Below are positions 36,891 to 47,399 of a stretch of DNA of 64,000 nucleotides, piece after piece. The position numbers were made by a program, and so were the translations under genes. The stretch lies in the NCBI GenBank assembly GCA_003130875.1, contig QEXY01000043.1, positions 19,141-83,140 of the forward strand, in the 5' to 3' direction. The notes beneath the pieces are model-generated. The model was not told the DNA's origin. It saw only the letters and a list, made by a program, of their open reading frames with translations, and ran no database searches. Every line of letters starts with the position of its first letter. The first letter of the stretch is position 1. Source of the stretch: Ardenticatenia bacterium. GTDB taxonomy: Bacteria > Chloroflexota > Anaerolineae > 4572-78 > NAK82.

Positions 36891-37721
36891 ATGGGACTTG
36901 GGTGGCAAAGGATCGCCTGGCTTGCTGCTAAAAGATTGCTCATTGCCATTATCATTGTCTTCTTTGTGGCGCCTATCATTCTGATCTTTCTCACCTCGAT
37001 CAAGTCGCGCGTGGATGCGTTGGCCTTTCCACCCGTTTGGATCTTCTCACCCACCTTCATGAACTTCGAGGAGATCTTCGAGCTCTATGACTTTGGCCTC
37101 TATTTCCGCAACACTTTGGTGGCTGCCACTGCGAGCACTATCGTTGCAATGGCGTTAGGCGTGCCAGCTGCCTATAGCCTCGCCCGATATAAGTTTCGTG
37201 GCCATTCTAACCTGGCCTTTTGGATCCTTTCCATCCGCATCACGCCACCGATAGCGGCAATGATCCCTGTGTTCATCCTGTTTCGCAATCTGCGTCTTCT
37301 CGACAGCATTCCAGGACTTGTGCTGATCTACTGCACGTTCAACCTGCCGTTTGTCGTGTGGATGATGCGCGGCTTCTTCGAGGACTTGCCTATCGATCTA
37401 GAAGAAAGCGCGATGGTAGACGGTTGCTCACGGTTTGGCGCTTTTGCTCGCGTGGCGCTCATCTTGGCTGCACCGGGCCTGGCGAGCACCGCGATCCTCA
37501 CATTCCTCTTCACCTGGAACGAGTTTATCTTCGCCCTGATCCTGACGGGCACCAACGCCAGGACGATGCCCGTTGCTGTGCAGCTGTTTATGCGAGAAAC
37601 GGGCATCTTGTGGGGACATATGACGGCCGCCGCGGTGATCATGATGCTCCCCACTGTGGTGCTTACTTTCTTCATCCAGCGCTATCTGGTGCGCGGCCTG
37701 ACATTCGGTGCCATCAAGTGA
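36891..37721 (+). CDS. CUT1 ABC sugar permease (MalG-like)
   Basis: EAA-loop 'ESAMVDGCSRFGAFARVALILAAP'. 276 aa. Confidence 0.85.
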   Translation: MGLGWQRIAWLAAKRLLIAIIIVFFVAPIILIFLTSIKSRVDALAFPPVWIFSPTFMNFEEIFELYDFGLYFRNTLVAATASTIVAMALGVPAAYSLARYKFRGHSNLAFWILSIRITPPIAAMIPVFILFRNLRLLDSIPGLVLIYCTFNLPFVVWMMRGFFEDLPIDLEESAMVDGCSRFGAFARVALILAAPGLASTAILTFLFTWNEFIFALILTGTNARTMPVAVQLFMRETGILWGHMTAAAVIMMLPTVVLTFFIQRYLVRGLTFGAIK

Positions 37722-37751
37722 GCCACCCTCGCTGCCGGGGCGTCGACCATC

Positions 37752-38591
37752 CTACTTTACCGCTCCGCTGACCAGCCCGCGGATGAAGTATTTCTGCCCA
37801 AACATGTAGAGCACCACGATGGGCAACGTGGCGATGAACAATCCGGCCATCGTCACCGGGATGTCCACGTAGTGCTTGGAACGCAACGCCGTGATGCCTA
37901 CCATAAGGGTCTTAAGCTCATCTTTCTGCATGAACACCAGGGCGATCAACAGCTCGTTCCACACCCACAGCGCATTGACCACAATCAGGGTGATAACCGC
38001 CGGCGCCGAGAGCGGCATCATAATGCGCCAGAACACCCCGAAACTCGAAGCGCCGTCGATGTGTGCTGCCTCCATGATCTCCCGGGGGATGGTGCGGAAG
38101 AAGTTGGTCATCAAGTAGACTGAGAAAGGAAGCAACAATCCCACATAAATCAATATGGTGCCCGGATAGGTGTTCACCAGCTTGAGGCGCACCATCGAGA
38201 CAAAGAGGGGCACCAACATAACCACCGGCGGCACCACCATCAGGGATAGCAACACGTTGAATATGGCGCGCTTGCCAGGGAAATCCATGCGCGCAAAGGC
38301 GTAAGCGGCCAGGCAGGCGATGATCAGCGAGATGCCCACCGAACCCACCGTCAAAATGGTGCTGTTGGCAAAGCGAATGAGAAACTTCTCGCCGGCAAAA
38401 GCGATGGCAAAGTTGTCCAGGATGGGCGTAGTGGGTAACCCCCACTTATTGGCGATGTACTCGCCCCGCGTCTTGAACGCCGAAACCACCATGAAGTATA
38501 CTGGAAACAGCGACATCAAGGTCGCCAGGATCACGACCGCCTGGCGGACAATCCTCCCCACCCAACGCCCCAATTTGTCGGAAGGTTTCAT
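37752..38591 (-). CDS. CUT1 ABC sugar permease (MalG-like)
   Basis: EAA-loop 'EAAHIDGASSFGVFWRIMMP'. 279 aa. Confidence 0.85.
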   Translation of the reverse strand: MKPSDKLGRWVGRIVRQAVVILATLMSLFPVYFMVVSAFKTRGEYIANKWGLPTTPILDNFAIAFAGEKFLIRFANSTILTVGSVGISLIIACLAAYAFARMDFPGKRAIFNVLLSLMVVPPVVMLVPLFVSMVRLKLVNTYPGTILIYVGLLLPFSVYLMTNFFRTIPREIMEAAHIDGASSFGVFWRIMMPLSAPAVITLIVVNALWVWNELLIALVFMQKDELKTLMVGITALRSKHYVDIPVTMAGLFIATLPIVVLYMFGQKYFIRGLVSGAVK

Positions 38592-39463
38592 GCGAACGTC
38601 TCCTCCTCGCCGGCGCGTTCGCGCAGTCGGAACTGCACAAAGATCAGGATGCCGGTGATCACCAGGATGAGCACCGAAGCAGCGGCTGCCAGGTTCATCT
38701 GATTATAGCGAAAGCCCTGCAAGTAGACGTACAGCTCGGTCACCATGGTGGAATTACCCGGCCCGCCAGCCGTCATCACATACACATAATTGAACACCCA
38801 TGACAGCATCGTGATGACCGAGATGACAGTGAAGAACTCGATCACTGTGGACAATTGGGGGATAGTGATATGCCACTGAATACGCCACCAGCTGGCGCCA
38901 TCGATGCGCGCAGCATCGAACAGTTCCTCTTCGACCGACATCAGACGTGCCAGGAAGAGCACCACCCCCAGGCCTACCTCCTTCCAGATGATCACGAACA
39001 TGATCGTCCAGAGCGCCAGCTTAGGGCTGCCTAGCCAGTCAAGCGCCAGCTGGGGCAATCCGATAGCGATCAAAGCCTCGTTCAACACACCGCTCAGCTG
39101 AAAGATGTAGGAGAAGATGAGACCGACGACCACGATCGGCAACAGATAAGGCAGAAAGAGCGTCGTCTGATAGATCTTCCAACCGCGGATGCGCTCGAAG
39201 AGGAAGATTGCCAGCAGAAGTGCCGCCGCCACCATGATGGGCACGTTCAGCACTAACGTCAGGTTGTTCCGGACAGCACGGATGAACACTTCATCCTGGA
39301 ACAACGCCATATAGTTGGTCAGGCCGACAAAGACCTCCTGCCCCTTGGAGGTGCGCTGAAAACTCATCATAATCAAGCGTACCACCGGGTAGCCGAACAC
39401 GAACAGCAGCGCCACCGTCATCGGGGCCAGATATAACCATGGTTCATATGCTCGATGTCGCAT
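38588..39463 (-). CDS. CUT1 ABC sugar permease (MalF-like)
   Basis: EAA-loop 'DAARIDGASWWRIQWHITIP'. Overlaps the downstream permease by 4 nt. Confidence 0.85.
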   Translation of the reverse strand: MRHRAYEPWLYLAPMTVALLFVFGYPVVRLIMMSFQRTSKGQEVFVGLTNYMALFQDEVFIRAVRNNLTLVLNVPIMVAAALLLAIFLFERIRGWKIYQTTLFLPYLLPIVVVGLIFSYIFQLSGVLNEALIAIGLPQLALDWLGSPKLALWTIMFVIIWKEVGLGVVLFLARLMSVEEELFDAARIDGASWWRIQWHITIPQLSTVIEFFTVISVITMLSWVFNYVYVMTAGGPGNSTMVTELYVYLQGFRYNQMNLAAAASVLILVITGILIFVQFRLRERAGEEETFA

Positions 39464-39563
39464 CGTACGTACTTATACGGGAGAACAAGGTAAGATTTTG
39501 CGTTTTGGAACTCTTAGCGGAAACAAGCAGAACAGCGACGCAACCATGTTGGTACAATGGGAA

Positions 39564-39586
39564 GGTGGCCGGCATTCCCGGCCACC
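39564..39586 (-). terminator. 9-bp GC hairpin between SBP and permease genes
   Basis: GGTGGCCGG-5 nt-CCGGCCACC. Confidence 0.45.
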
Positions 39587-39642
39587 TCAGAAATGGGTTA
39601 TCCCTGTTCGTAACCTCTCAGAATCATCAGACTACATGCCAC

Positions 39643-40953
39643 CTACTGTGCCCACTTGGTGAAGTTCTCCAGCGCTTCGGGATTCTGTGAGGCCCACTTG
39701 TCGATGACATCCTGGGTCATCTGGGCAAGCTCTTCGGGTGTCTTCTCGCCGGCGAAGAGCAGCTGTGTGCCGGCAAAGTTGGCCTGCTCGTCCATCATGC
39801 TAGGTATGAAGTTCTCCAGGTTGGGCCCTGGGATCGTGGTCGCCCATTCATAAATCTGCTTGAGCTGGGGTTGCTCGATCAGTGACACATCCAGCCGGTC
39901 ATCCGCTGGCAGGACACCAGTGTACTGGAACCAAGCATTCAACCGATCCTGAGTGTGCATGAACATCAAGAAATCCGCCGCCTCCTGCTTATGTTTTGAC
40001 CAGGAGGTGATCCCCAGTCCTTGGGCAGTGACAATATACTGACTGGCCATCTTGCCGTCGGCGTACTTCGGCACCAGCATTACCCCGATGTTGTCCCAGC
40101 TGCCCATTGTGTCGGCCCAACCCTTCAGGAAGGTGTCATTGCCGAAGATCATGGCGGCCTGGCCCTGCACAAAGCGGTCCATCCCCTGCTGGTAGTCGAG
40201 TGAGTTGATGTCCTCGTTCCAGCAGCCGGCATCGCGCAGCTCGGCCAACCGTTTCCACCACTCGACGTGCTTAGGGTCGGTGAACTTGGTCTTGCCGATC
40301 ACCGCTGCCATTATGTCCTTCTCGCTGTCGTGAGGCTGACGTCCCAGAATGGAATAGAGCCAGCCACCGAACCAGCCATCCTTGAGCCCGCCGGAAATGG
40401 GGATGACGTTGATCGCTCTGAGTTTGCCACAAGCATCGATCAACGCATCCCAGGTCTCCAAGGGTTTCTTGGGATCGAGACCAGCTTTCTCGAAGAGGGA
40501 GGGGTTGTAGACGAACGGGTTACCGGAGAGATACCACGGCACGCCCCAGATCTTGCCATCGAAGGTGCGCTCGAAGTTATTGATATAATGGGCGAGCTCA
40601 TCAGCGGGGATGAGGTCGTCAATGGGTGCTACTCCACCACCCCAGGCAAATTCGAGCGTCCAAACACCACCCCAAAAGTATTGGATATCTGGGCCTTCCT
40701 GAGCAGCCATTGCCGACTGGAAGGAGGGGATCAAACTGTCGGTCGATTGCAAGACTTCCTCGATGGTGACATTGGGGTGCTTTTCCTGATAGAGCTGGAT
40801 GGTTTCATCGAGCCACTTCTGAGCACCGGGGGCTTCTTGCTCACCCCACCACCACATCACCAGCTTGACCGGCTCAGCTGCCTGGACCGTCAAGGGGGAT
40901 GTTGTCAACATACACAGTGTTACGACGAGCAGGGCATACAGGAAACGCTTCAT
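39643..40953 (-). CDS. CUT1-type ABC sugar-binding protein
   Basis: ATG 40953 is preceded by AAAGGAGGAAAAGG. Signal peptide 'MKRFLYALLVVTLCMLTTSPLTVQA'. Confidence 0.85.
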   Translation of the reverse strand: MKRFLYALLVVTLCMLTTSPLTVQAAEPVKLVMWWWGEQEAPGAQKWLDETIQLYQEKHPNVTIEEVLQSTDSLIPSFQSAMAAQEGPDIQYFWGGVWTLEFAWGGGVAPIDDLIPADELAHYINNFERTFDGKIWGVPWYLSGNPFVYNPSLFEKAGLDPKKPLETWDALIDACGKLRAINVIPISGGLKDGWFGGWLYSILGRQPHDSEKDIMAAVIGKTKFTDPKHVEWWKRLAELRDAGCWNEDINSLDYQQGMDRFVQGQAAMIFGNDTFLKGWADTMGSWDNIGVMLVPKYADGKMASQYIVTAQGLGITSWSKHKQEAADFLMFMHTQDRLNAWFQYTGVLPADDRLDVSLIEQPQLKQIYEWATTIPGPNLENFIPSMMDEQANFAGTQLLFAGEKTPEELAQMTQDVIDKWASQNPEALENFTKWAQ

Positions 40954-41094
40954 TGTCCTTTTCCTCCTTTGGTTTAAAATTAAGGACCTGTCTCTGTACC
41001 TCACAATGAAATTGGTTATCGCAGGAACCACAAAACAACAAACTCGCCGGCGACAACGTGGGATGATTGGGGAAGCCGGCTACTACTTTTACAG

Positions 41095-41124
41095 CATCTT
41101 AGCACCCTTACAGGACAAAGTCAA
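41095..41124 (-). promoter_or_regulatory. promoter TTGACT-18-TAAGAT
   Basis: Read on the minus strand. Lies 13 nt from repeat copy 3 and ~140 nt upstream of the SBP start. Confidence 0.4.
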
Positions 41125-41137
41125 GGGAAAATAGTAG

Positions 41138-41226
41138 GAGGGTGTTGAAAAACTCTTTAGTTACCCGCTTTATTGGCCCATTTTCCTATGAAAATCTGAG
41201 CGGTCAAGGGATTTTTCAACACCCTC
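41138..41226 (+). repeat. ~90-nt hairpin repeat, copy 3
   Basis: GAGGGTGTTGAAAAACTCTTTAGTTACCCGCTTTATTGGCCCATTTTCCTATGAAAATCTGAGCGGTCAAGGGATTTTTCAACACCCTC, with perfect 15-nt terminal inverted repeats. Confidence 0.9.
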
Positions 41227-41396
41227 AAGAGCACTTGCGCCGGATCACAATAACCTTAACAGGCAGAGTAGAAACAACGCGTCGCAGCTGGGATCAGCTG
41301 CGCGATGTGGAACGTAGGTGAAGAGCGTATATTATGTCGGGTACAGCCCTCCCGTAGAGTCAAGAGCTATGGGAGGGCCAATGTACCATTGGACGC

Positions 41397-42419
41397 CTAT
41401 AGGTCGACCGGACGACCAGTGGCAGCCGATTCTTCAATGGCGGCAGCCACCCGAACCGCTGCCAATCCCTCTTCGCCTGTGGCAAGGACAGGCTCGTTGT
41501 ACACAACTGCATCCACAAAGCGAGCAATCGCTTCCAATGCGAATCCACCGATGCGGTGTCGGCTAGTAGGAGTCGCCCCCAGCACATCGGCATAGGAAAT
41601 TGTGCCGCCGATGTGCTTTTCGATCGCCCCATGATGGGATGTGTTCACATATAGCGCTCCTTGGCTACCTAGCAGCTGCATACGGAACTCATAGACCATG
41701 GGATGGCTGCGAGGCAAGATCCAGGCGTTCTCAAAGGTCACCACCGTGCCCTTTTCGAACTCAGCGATTGCAACATGGAAGTCCTTGGTATTTACCCCCA
41801 TGCCTCGCAGGATACCGGCGCGATCCACTGCATACACGCGCCGCACCCTATCCTGCAACAGGTAATGCATAATATCGATGGTATGGCTACCCAGGAACCA
41901 CAGGGCAGAGCTTTTGCTTCCCCAGGTCAACATTTCCATGGGCACCCAGGTGGTGTTGCTGAGGCGGATGTAGCCGTATGCAGGTGTGCCGATCTCACCC
42001 GCATCAACGCTTTGTTTGGCTGCCACAAAGGGAGGACTAACACGGTTATGGTAATCTACCATGAGTTTGACACCTGCACGGCGCGTTGCCTCCAAGATGT
42101 CCTGGGCATCCTGAACGTTGGTCGCCAGCGGTTTCTCACACAAGATGTGCTTGCCTGCCTGTGCGGCTGCTACAGCGATGTCGCGGTGCGCAAAGTCGGG
42201 TGTGGCGATGGACACCGCCTGAATGTCTGGGTGTTTCAGCAGCTGCTCGTAATCAGTGTACCAGGTACGCGCACCGTATTTCTCCGCGACAGCGCGTGCT
42301 CGCTTCGCATCGAGATCGCACACTGCCACTAGCTCTGCCTCCGGCAGGCGACTGTATACCAGAGCATGATTCTCACCGAAGATGCCGGTACCGATGACAC
42401 CAAATCCTACCTTGTCCAT
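41397..42419 (-). CDS. Gfo/Idh/MocA-family NAD(P)-dependent oxidoreductase
   Basis: 'GFGVIGTGIFG' Rossmann start and 'EKPLA' motif. 340 aa. Confidence 0.85.
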   Translation of the reverse strand: MDKVGFGVIGTGIFGENHALVYSRLPEAELVAVCDLDAKRARAVAEKYGARTWYTDYEQLLKHPDIQAVSIATPDFAHRDIAVAAAQAGKHILCEKPLATNVQDAQDILEATRRAGVKLMVDYHNRVSPPFVAAKQSVDAGEIGTPAYGYIRLSNTTWVPMEMLTWGSKSSALWFLGSHTIDIMHYLLQDRVRRVYAVDRAGILRGMGVNTKDFHVAIAEFEKGTVVTFENAWILPRSHPMVYEFRMQLLGSQGALYVNTSHHGAIEKHIGGTISYADVLGATPTSRHRIGGFALEAIARFVDAVVYNEPVLATGEEGLAAVRVAAAIEESAATGRPVDL

Positions 42420-42473
42420 AGTCTTTTTTCCTTTCTGTTACTTGCGGTGAAGTTTATGCACAATGTTATGTTT

Positions 42474-43301
42474 TCAGCCCTTGACCGCTCCAAAGGTCAA
42501 TCCTCGCACGATGTAACGGCCCAGCACTAGGAAGATAATCATCGGTGGAAGCATTGTTACCACAGCTGTGGCTGCGATGAAGTTCCAGGTGGCACCTGTG
42601 GTCGCAAAATAATTGAGCGTGCCCACCGGCAGGGTAGCGGTGCTCTGATTACTCAACACCAGTGGAAAAATGACATTGTTCCAAGTGAATACGAAGGCAA
42701 ACATCGACGTGACGATGATGCCCGGCAAGGCGAGTGGAAAGGTGATACGTGTTAACGCCTGATACCAGCTCGCACCGTCCACCTGCGCGGCCTCTTCAAT
42801 GTCAACAGGCACCTCGTCGAAGAAGCTCTTGAGCAACCAGATCGAGAATGGGATGGTGATCGTCTGAGCGATGATAATCATGGAAAGATAGGTGCCGCGC
42901 AGCTTCAGGCTGGACATCAGGATGAAATAAGGGATAAGGAAGACCACCGGCGGTGCCATCAGCAGGCTGATGTACCACATCATGAGAAACTGTTTGGCAC
43001 GCATACGGAAACGGGAAAGCGCATAGGCGGCTGTCACCGAAAAGGGCAGGTTCAGCAACGTAGCGCCTGTGGCTACGATCAGGCTGGAAACCAGCTGCGG
43101 TGCGTTGACACCCGGATTGACAAAAGTGTAGATAAAGGCGTTCAGTGTAGGCTCGAAGAAGAACTCAGGCGGTGACGCAAAGGCGCTCGTGGGAGACCGC
43201 AGTGACAGTGCCCAAAACCAATAGATCGGCCCCAAGAAGAAGATGAGCACTAGGATGATGGCAAGATAAATCAGCACTTTACGATAAATTGGCATGCGCA
43301 T
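42474..43301 (-). CDS. CUT1 ABC sugar permease (MalG-like)
   Basis: EAA-loop 'EAAQVDGASWYQALTRITFP'. Start moved to ATG 43301, just after the upstream stop. Confidence 0.85.
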   Translation of the reverse strand: MRMPIYRKVLIYLAIILVLIFFLGPIYWFWALSLRSPTSAFASPPEFFFEPTLNAFIYTFVNPGVNAPQLVSSLIVATGATLLNLPFSVTAAYALSRFRMRAKQFLMMWYISLLMAPPVVFLIPYFILMSSLKLRGTYLSMIIIAQTITIPFSIWLLKSFFDEVPVDIEEAAQVDGASWYQALTRITFPLALPGIIVTSMFAFVFTWNNVIFPLVLSNQSTATLPVGTLNYFATTGATWNFIAATAVVTMLPPMIIFLVLGRYIVRGLTFGAVKG

Positions 43302-43303
43302 CG

Positions 43304-44203
43304 TCACCACTCCCAGCCGCGGAAAGCTACTCGTGCATAGATGTTGATCAGGATGGTGACGATGATCACGATGATCCATGTCATCGCTGCAGCCACGCCA
43401 ATGTTATAGTTGACCAATCCCTCTTGATAGAGATTGTAGCTCAGGGTGCGCGAGGCAGTACCTGGTCCACCGCGTGTCAGAACCAGTACCAGGTCGAACA
43501 TGTTAAAGAGCTGCATAAAGCGAATCATCACCACGATGATCGCTGTGCGGCTGATCGAAGGCAACGTGATCCAGGCGAACATGCGCAACCCGGTTGCGCC
43601 GTCTACGATGGCCGCTTCTTTGATGTCCTCGGGGATGGAGAGCAACCCCGCGTACAACACAATGGCGAAGAAGGGTGTCCATTGCCAGATATCTGCCAAG
43701 GCAATGGAGGCCAGTGCTGTGGTAGAGCTGCCCAACAATCCCTGCGGCGGCACCGGAAAGCCGATCTGCGTGAGCAGCCAGGTGATCAGGCCGCCCCGCT
43801 CATAGTACATGTAGCGGAAGAGAAACCCGGCCACAATGGGCGCGATCGTAGTGGGCATAATGAGGAGCGCGCGCACCGCGTTGGTACCTTTCAACTGGGA
43901 GGCAAGTAGTAACGCAATACCCATGCCAAACCAGAACTCAATGAAAGTACCCGCTATTGAGAGGATCAATGTATTGCGCAGCGCATCGAGAAATGGGGTG
44001 GTCTCGAACACCATCCGGTAGTTCAACAAGCCCACAAAACCCAGCGGCACCGGGCTGGTTTGCAGGTTCCATTGGCGAAAGCTGTTGATCAGTGAAAAAC
44101 TGATCGGATAGATGATCAGACCGATTAACATTAATATCGAGGGTAAGACTAACAGATAAGGTAGTATCCTGCGCGAGCTCAATGCATCCACGTGATGTCT
44201 CAC
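43304..44203 (-). CDS. CUT1 ABC sugar permease (MalF-like)
   Basis: EAA-loop 'EAAIVDGATGLRMFAWITLP'. 299 aa. Confidence 0.85.
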   Translation of the reverse strand: MRHHVDALSSRRILPYLLVLPSILMLIGLIIYPISFSLINSFRQWNLQTSPVPLGFVGLLNYRMVFETTPFLDALRNTLILSIAGTFIEFWFGMGIALLLASQLKGTNAVRALLIMPTTIAPIVAGFLFRYMYYERGGLITWLLTQIGFPVPPQGLLGSSTTALASIALADIWQWTPFFAIVLYAGLLSIPEDIKEAAIVDGATGLRMFAWITLPSISRTAIIVVMIRFMQLFNMFDLVLVLTRGGPGTASRTLSYNLYQEGLVNYNIGVAAAMTWIIVIIVTILINIYARVAFRGWEW

Positions 44204-44345
44204 TCCCAGGTTGCGACGTTCCGCGATCTTGAAGAGTCCTACAAATCTGAGGGTCCCCCAGTGTCAGAACCCTAGCGTCCGAGCATGACCGCCCCCTGAT
44301 GGGGACTCAGACATTTGTGTCGGTTCCGACCGGTTCGGGCCAGTT

Positions 44346-44374
44346 GGGGTAGGGAGATCCTCGCTCCCTACCCC
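44346..44374 (-). terminator. 11-bp perfect hairpin between SBP and permease genes
   Basis: GGGGTAGGGAG-7 nt-CTCCCTACCCC. Confidence 0.5.
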
Positions 44375-44395
44375 CTGACGCAAAATATCCCTGGC

Positions 44396-45901
44396 TCAAC
44401 TGGCCAGGCTATCGATCAGCTTGCGCGCGTTCTCCAGCGTATCGTCATAACTCTCCAGCTTGTAGGGCAGCATGAAATTGCCAGTCAGGGCGTTGCGGAA
44501 CAGAGCATCGGTTTCTTTCAAGCTGTCCTCTGGGGTTGCCGCACCCGATAGCACCTTGTTGATCTGAAGCCCGTAAATGGCCTCCAGGGTACTATAGATA
44601 GGCATAGGTGGACGCGAGATCTTGCCATTGCCCATTTGCATAAGCTTCAGCTGGGTGTCCAAATAGGGGTAAATCGCTTTAAGCTCGGCGTCCTGGTACA
44701 GGGAGACACGCGCAAAGTCGCTGAACTGGTAATTATAGTCCTTGACCAGCCCCATCTTCTTCTGGGTTTCAGCGCTGCAGGCCCACTTGATGAACTGCCA
44801 CGCTTCATCCTGTTTGGCCGAGCTGGAAGGAATGCCCAAGCTCCATCCACCGTTGCTGATAACCTGTGGCGCGTCGTCGCTCAGCTTGGGCAGCAAGGCT
44901 ACGGCAAACTTATCGATGATCTTGGAGGGTGTGCCGCTCATATAACCGTCGTTCTTTACCAAGTAGAAGTAGGGTGTCCACCAGAAGAATATACCAATGT
45001 CACCCTGGGAGAAGCGGGTGCCGGCATCGAACCATACATAGTTGATCGACTCAGCTGGCGAGAGATCGTAAAGGGCCTTGTAGAACTTGAGCGACTCGAC
45101 GTTTTCCGGAGAATTGATCGTTGGCTCGAAGTCCCACGGTGCCTCGGGGAAGTGCTTGAACCAGCGCACCCCACGGCTAGCAGCCAGTTGAGTATACATA
45201 TGGACAATCGGCACCGGTTGCGCACCCACGATCACGGTGCCGTAGAGCTTGGTGCCGTCCATCTCCATCCCTTGCAGCTGCTTGACGATCTCAAGATACT
45301 TATCCCACGTCCAGCCGGCTGCCTTATCTGGATCGGTCGGAGGCGGCTCCAGGCCCGCCTTCTCGAACACATCGGTACGGTACATCACCCCTTGCCCATA
45401 GGCGGCTATGGGCAGAGAGACAAAGTTGCCGCGCCACAGGTTGAGTGAGTACAACACCTCGGGGATGAAGTCCTTCAGGTTAACATCCGAGTCAGCCTTA
45501 ATGTAATCGTTCAAGGAAATGACCCAGCGGTTGTCAAAGTATTGGCCGGTCCACATGGCGTCCACAGTCACGACATCTGCATCAGGTGTCTGACTGACAA
45601 ACGAGGTCACCAAGCGCGCATTTAATGCATCGTAGGCCAAGCTCTCCAGATTGACTTTGATGCCCGTTTGAGCTGTGAAGTCGTCTAACACCTTCTCCAG
45701 CGCAAACTGGAATGGATCGCCCACCACCAACACCCTGATCTCCTTAGCTTGCTTTTTGGTGCGTGGGCGGACACCTGCCGCGAGCGCGGTCTGAGTCAGC
45801 GTCGGCTGGGCAACCACAGTGGACACACCAGCAGCCGCAATGCCAAGGCCAGCTGCCTTCAAAAACTCACGCCGCGAAATTGCCTTACGTTTCTCGCTCA
45901 T
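44396..45901 (-). CDS. CUT1-type ABC sugar-binding protein (Tat signal)
   Basis: 501 aa. 'SRREFLKAAGLGIAAAG' twin-arginine signal. Confidence 0.85.
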   Translation of the reverse strand: MSEKRKAISRREFLKAAGLGIAAAGVSTVVAQPTLTQTALAAGVRPRTKKQAKEIRVLVVGDPFQFALEKVLDDFTAQTGIKVNLESLAYDALNARLVTSFVSQTPDADVVTVDAMWTGQYFDNRWVISLNDYIKADSDVNLKDFIPEVLYSLNLWRGNFVSLPIAAYGQGVMYRTDVFEKAGLEPPPTDPDKAAGWTWDKYLEIVKQLQGMEMDGTKLYGTVIVGAQPVPIVHMYTQLAASRGVRWFKHFPEAPWDFEPTINSPENVESLKFYKALYDLSPAESINYVWFDAGTRFSQGDIGIFFWWTPYFYLVKNDGYMSGTPSKIIDKFAVALLPKLSDDAPQVISNGGWSLGIPSSSAKQDEAWQFIKWACSAETQKKMGLVKDYNYQFSDFARVSLYQDAELKAIYPYLDTQLKLMQMGNGKISRPPMPIYSTLEAIYGLQINKVLSGAATPEDSLKETDALFRNALTGNFMLPYKLESYDDTLENARKLIDSLAS

Positions 45902-46061
45902 CTTTATCCTCCTCCTTAACTGCTAAGTTGCTAAAATTTTGTGAATGTCGGTCATAAGATGTCCTCGATATCTTCGTTGTGGTGATGCACATACTCTCGC
46001 TGCTCATCACCTCCTTTTCGATTATACTCAGTTATGACGCGTACATATCTGTCTCAATCTT

Positions 46062-47273
46062 TCATACGACCCCCATCTCATGGCGCAACAACAAACCCGC
46101 CGCACCTAACAACACGATCTCAGCACCCAGGCTGGCTGTCTCGATAACCGTCTGACTGACGGTACGAGCGAGTGAACGTGCGTATACTTCCTCCTTGATA
46201 ACGTCCAAGAGAGGTTGCCCAAAGTTGGAGACGCTGCCGGCGATCAGCACGTAAGGAACGCTCAGGACACTCACCAGGTTGGCAATAGCGATGCCCAGGT
46301 AACGTCCTACCTCTGCTACCACAGGTTGCAAAGCGGGTTCTCCCGCTTCGTATGCACGCAACACTGCTCGGATGTCGAGCTCCGCTGGCGGGGGTGCGAA
46401 CACATGAAGCAGCGAGGCGGGATTGTCACGCGCGATCGCCCGTGCACGCCTGACGATGGCACGACTGCTTGCGACCGTCTCCAGACAGCCGAAGTTGCCA
46501 CACATGCAGCGTTCGCCATTTTCCACCACCACCATATGGCCAATCTCACCAGCGCCAAAACGATGGCCCAGGAAGGGTTCCCCGTTTAAGATAATCCCAG
46601 CACCCACATCGTAGCCGACCTTGACCACCACCAAGTCCGGGACATTACGACGACGACCAAAAGTATATTCAGCCAACACGGCAGCGTAACTAGCATTGGC
46701 AATGTAAACTGGGACTTGATAACGCTCTTGAAACATCTGTTGCAGCGGCAGGTCGTGCCATTCAAAATTGACCGCCCGGTGCACAATACCCTTGTCAGGG
46801 TCAATGATGCCCGGTGCACCAACGGCAATCCCCAAAATAGGACTGCTGGCGATGGACAACAAGGAATCTATGAGCTCGAATGCCACAGCTAAGGCAGCAT
46901 CTCCAACGCGCCCTCCTAAATAGATACTGCGCTGATAGAGGATCTCTCCGCGTAGATTGACCAGTGCCCCTTGAAATGATGCCTTAGCTAGGTCGAGGCA
47001 GAGCATGTGGTAGGCGTCCTTGTTGACGTGCAACATGGCAGGTGGCTTGCCACGTGGCAGGGAGGCCACGCCATCCTCGACGACAAGGCGCTTCTCCATC
47101 AGATCTGCCACAACATTCGACACAGTAGTAGGGGTTAGGTCGGTGAGGCGCGCGATATCCGCCCGGCTGATCTGTTTAGCATTGTAAATGGTGGTGAACA
47201 CCAGCCGGCGGTTATGCAGTTTGGTGAGCTCGCGCGTCGCTTTCCTTTGTGGGTGCACCGCTGCAACCTGCAT
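46062..47273 (-). CDS. ROK-family transcriptional regulator
   Basis: N-terminal wHTH ('ISRADIARLTDLTPTTVSNVV') plus a ROK sugar-kinase-like domain with 'CMCGNFGCLE' zinc motif. Confidence 0.85.
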   Translation of the reverse strand: MQVAAVHPQRKATRELTKLHNRRLVFTTIYNAKQISRADIARLTDLTPTTVSNVVADLMEKRLVVEDGVASLPRGKPPAMLHVNKDAYHMLCLDLAKASFQGALVNLRGEILYQRSIYLGGRVGDAALAVAFELIDSLLSIASSPILGIAVGAPGIIDPDKGIVHRAVNFEWHDLPLQQMFQERYQVPVYIANASYAAVLAEYTFGRRRNVPDLVVVKVGYDVGAGIILNGEPFLGHRFGAGEIGHMVVVENGERCMCGNFGCLETVASSRAIVRRARAIARDNPASLLHVFAPPPAELDIRAVLRAYEAGEPALQPVVAEVGRYLGIAIANLVSVLSVPYVLIAGSVSNFGQPLLDVIKEEVYARSLARTVSQTVIETASLGAEIVLLGAAGLLLRHEMGVV

Positions 47274-47329
47274 GACTCACAAGTGAAGAGGCGAGGGGTG
47301 GATTTATTTAGTCCAATGAATTTAATTAC

Positions 47330-47358
47330 AGGATATCACATAATCGGGCTCTTGTCAA
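47330..47358 (-). promoter_or_regulatory. promoter TTGACA-17-TATCCT for the ROK regulator
   Basis: Read on the minus strand, followed by an AT-rich leader. Confidence 0.4.
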
Positions 47359-47399
47359 GGGTTGTCTGACGGCAAATGCTTCAATTTCTGCTCAAGCCC

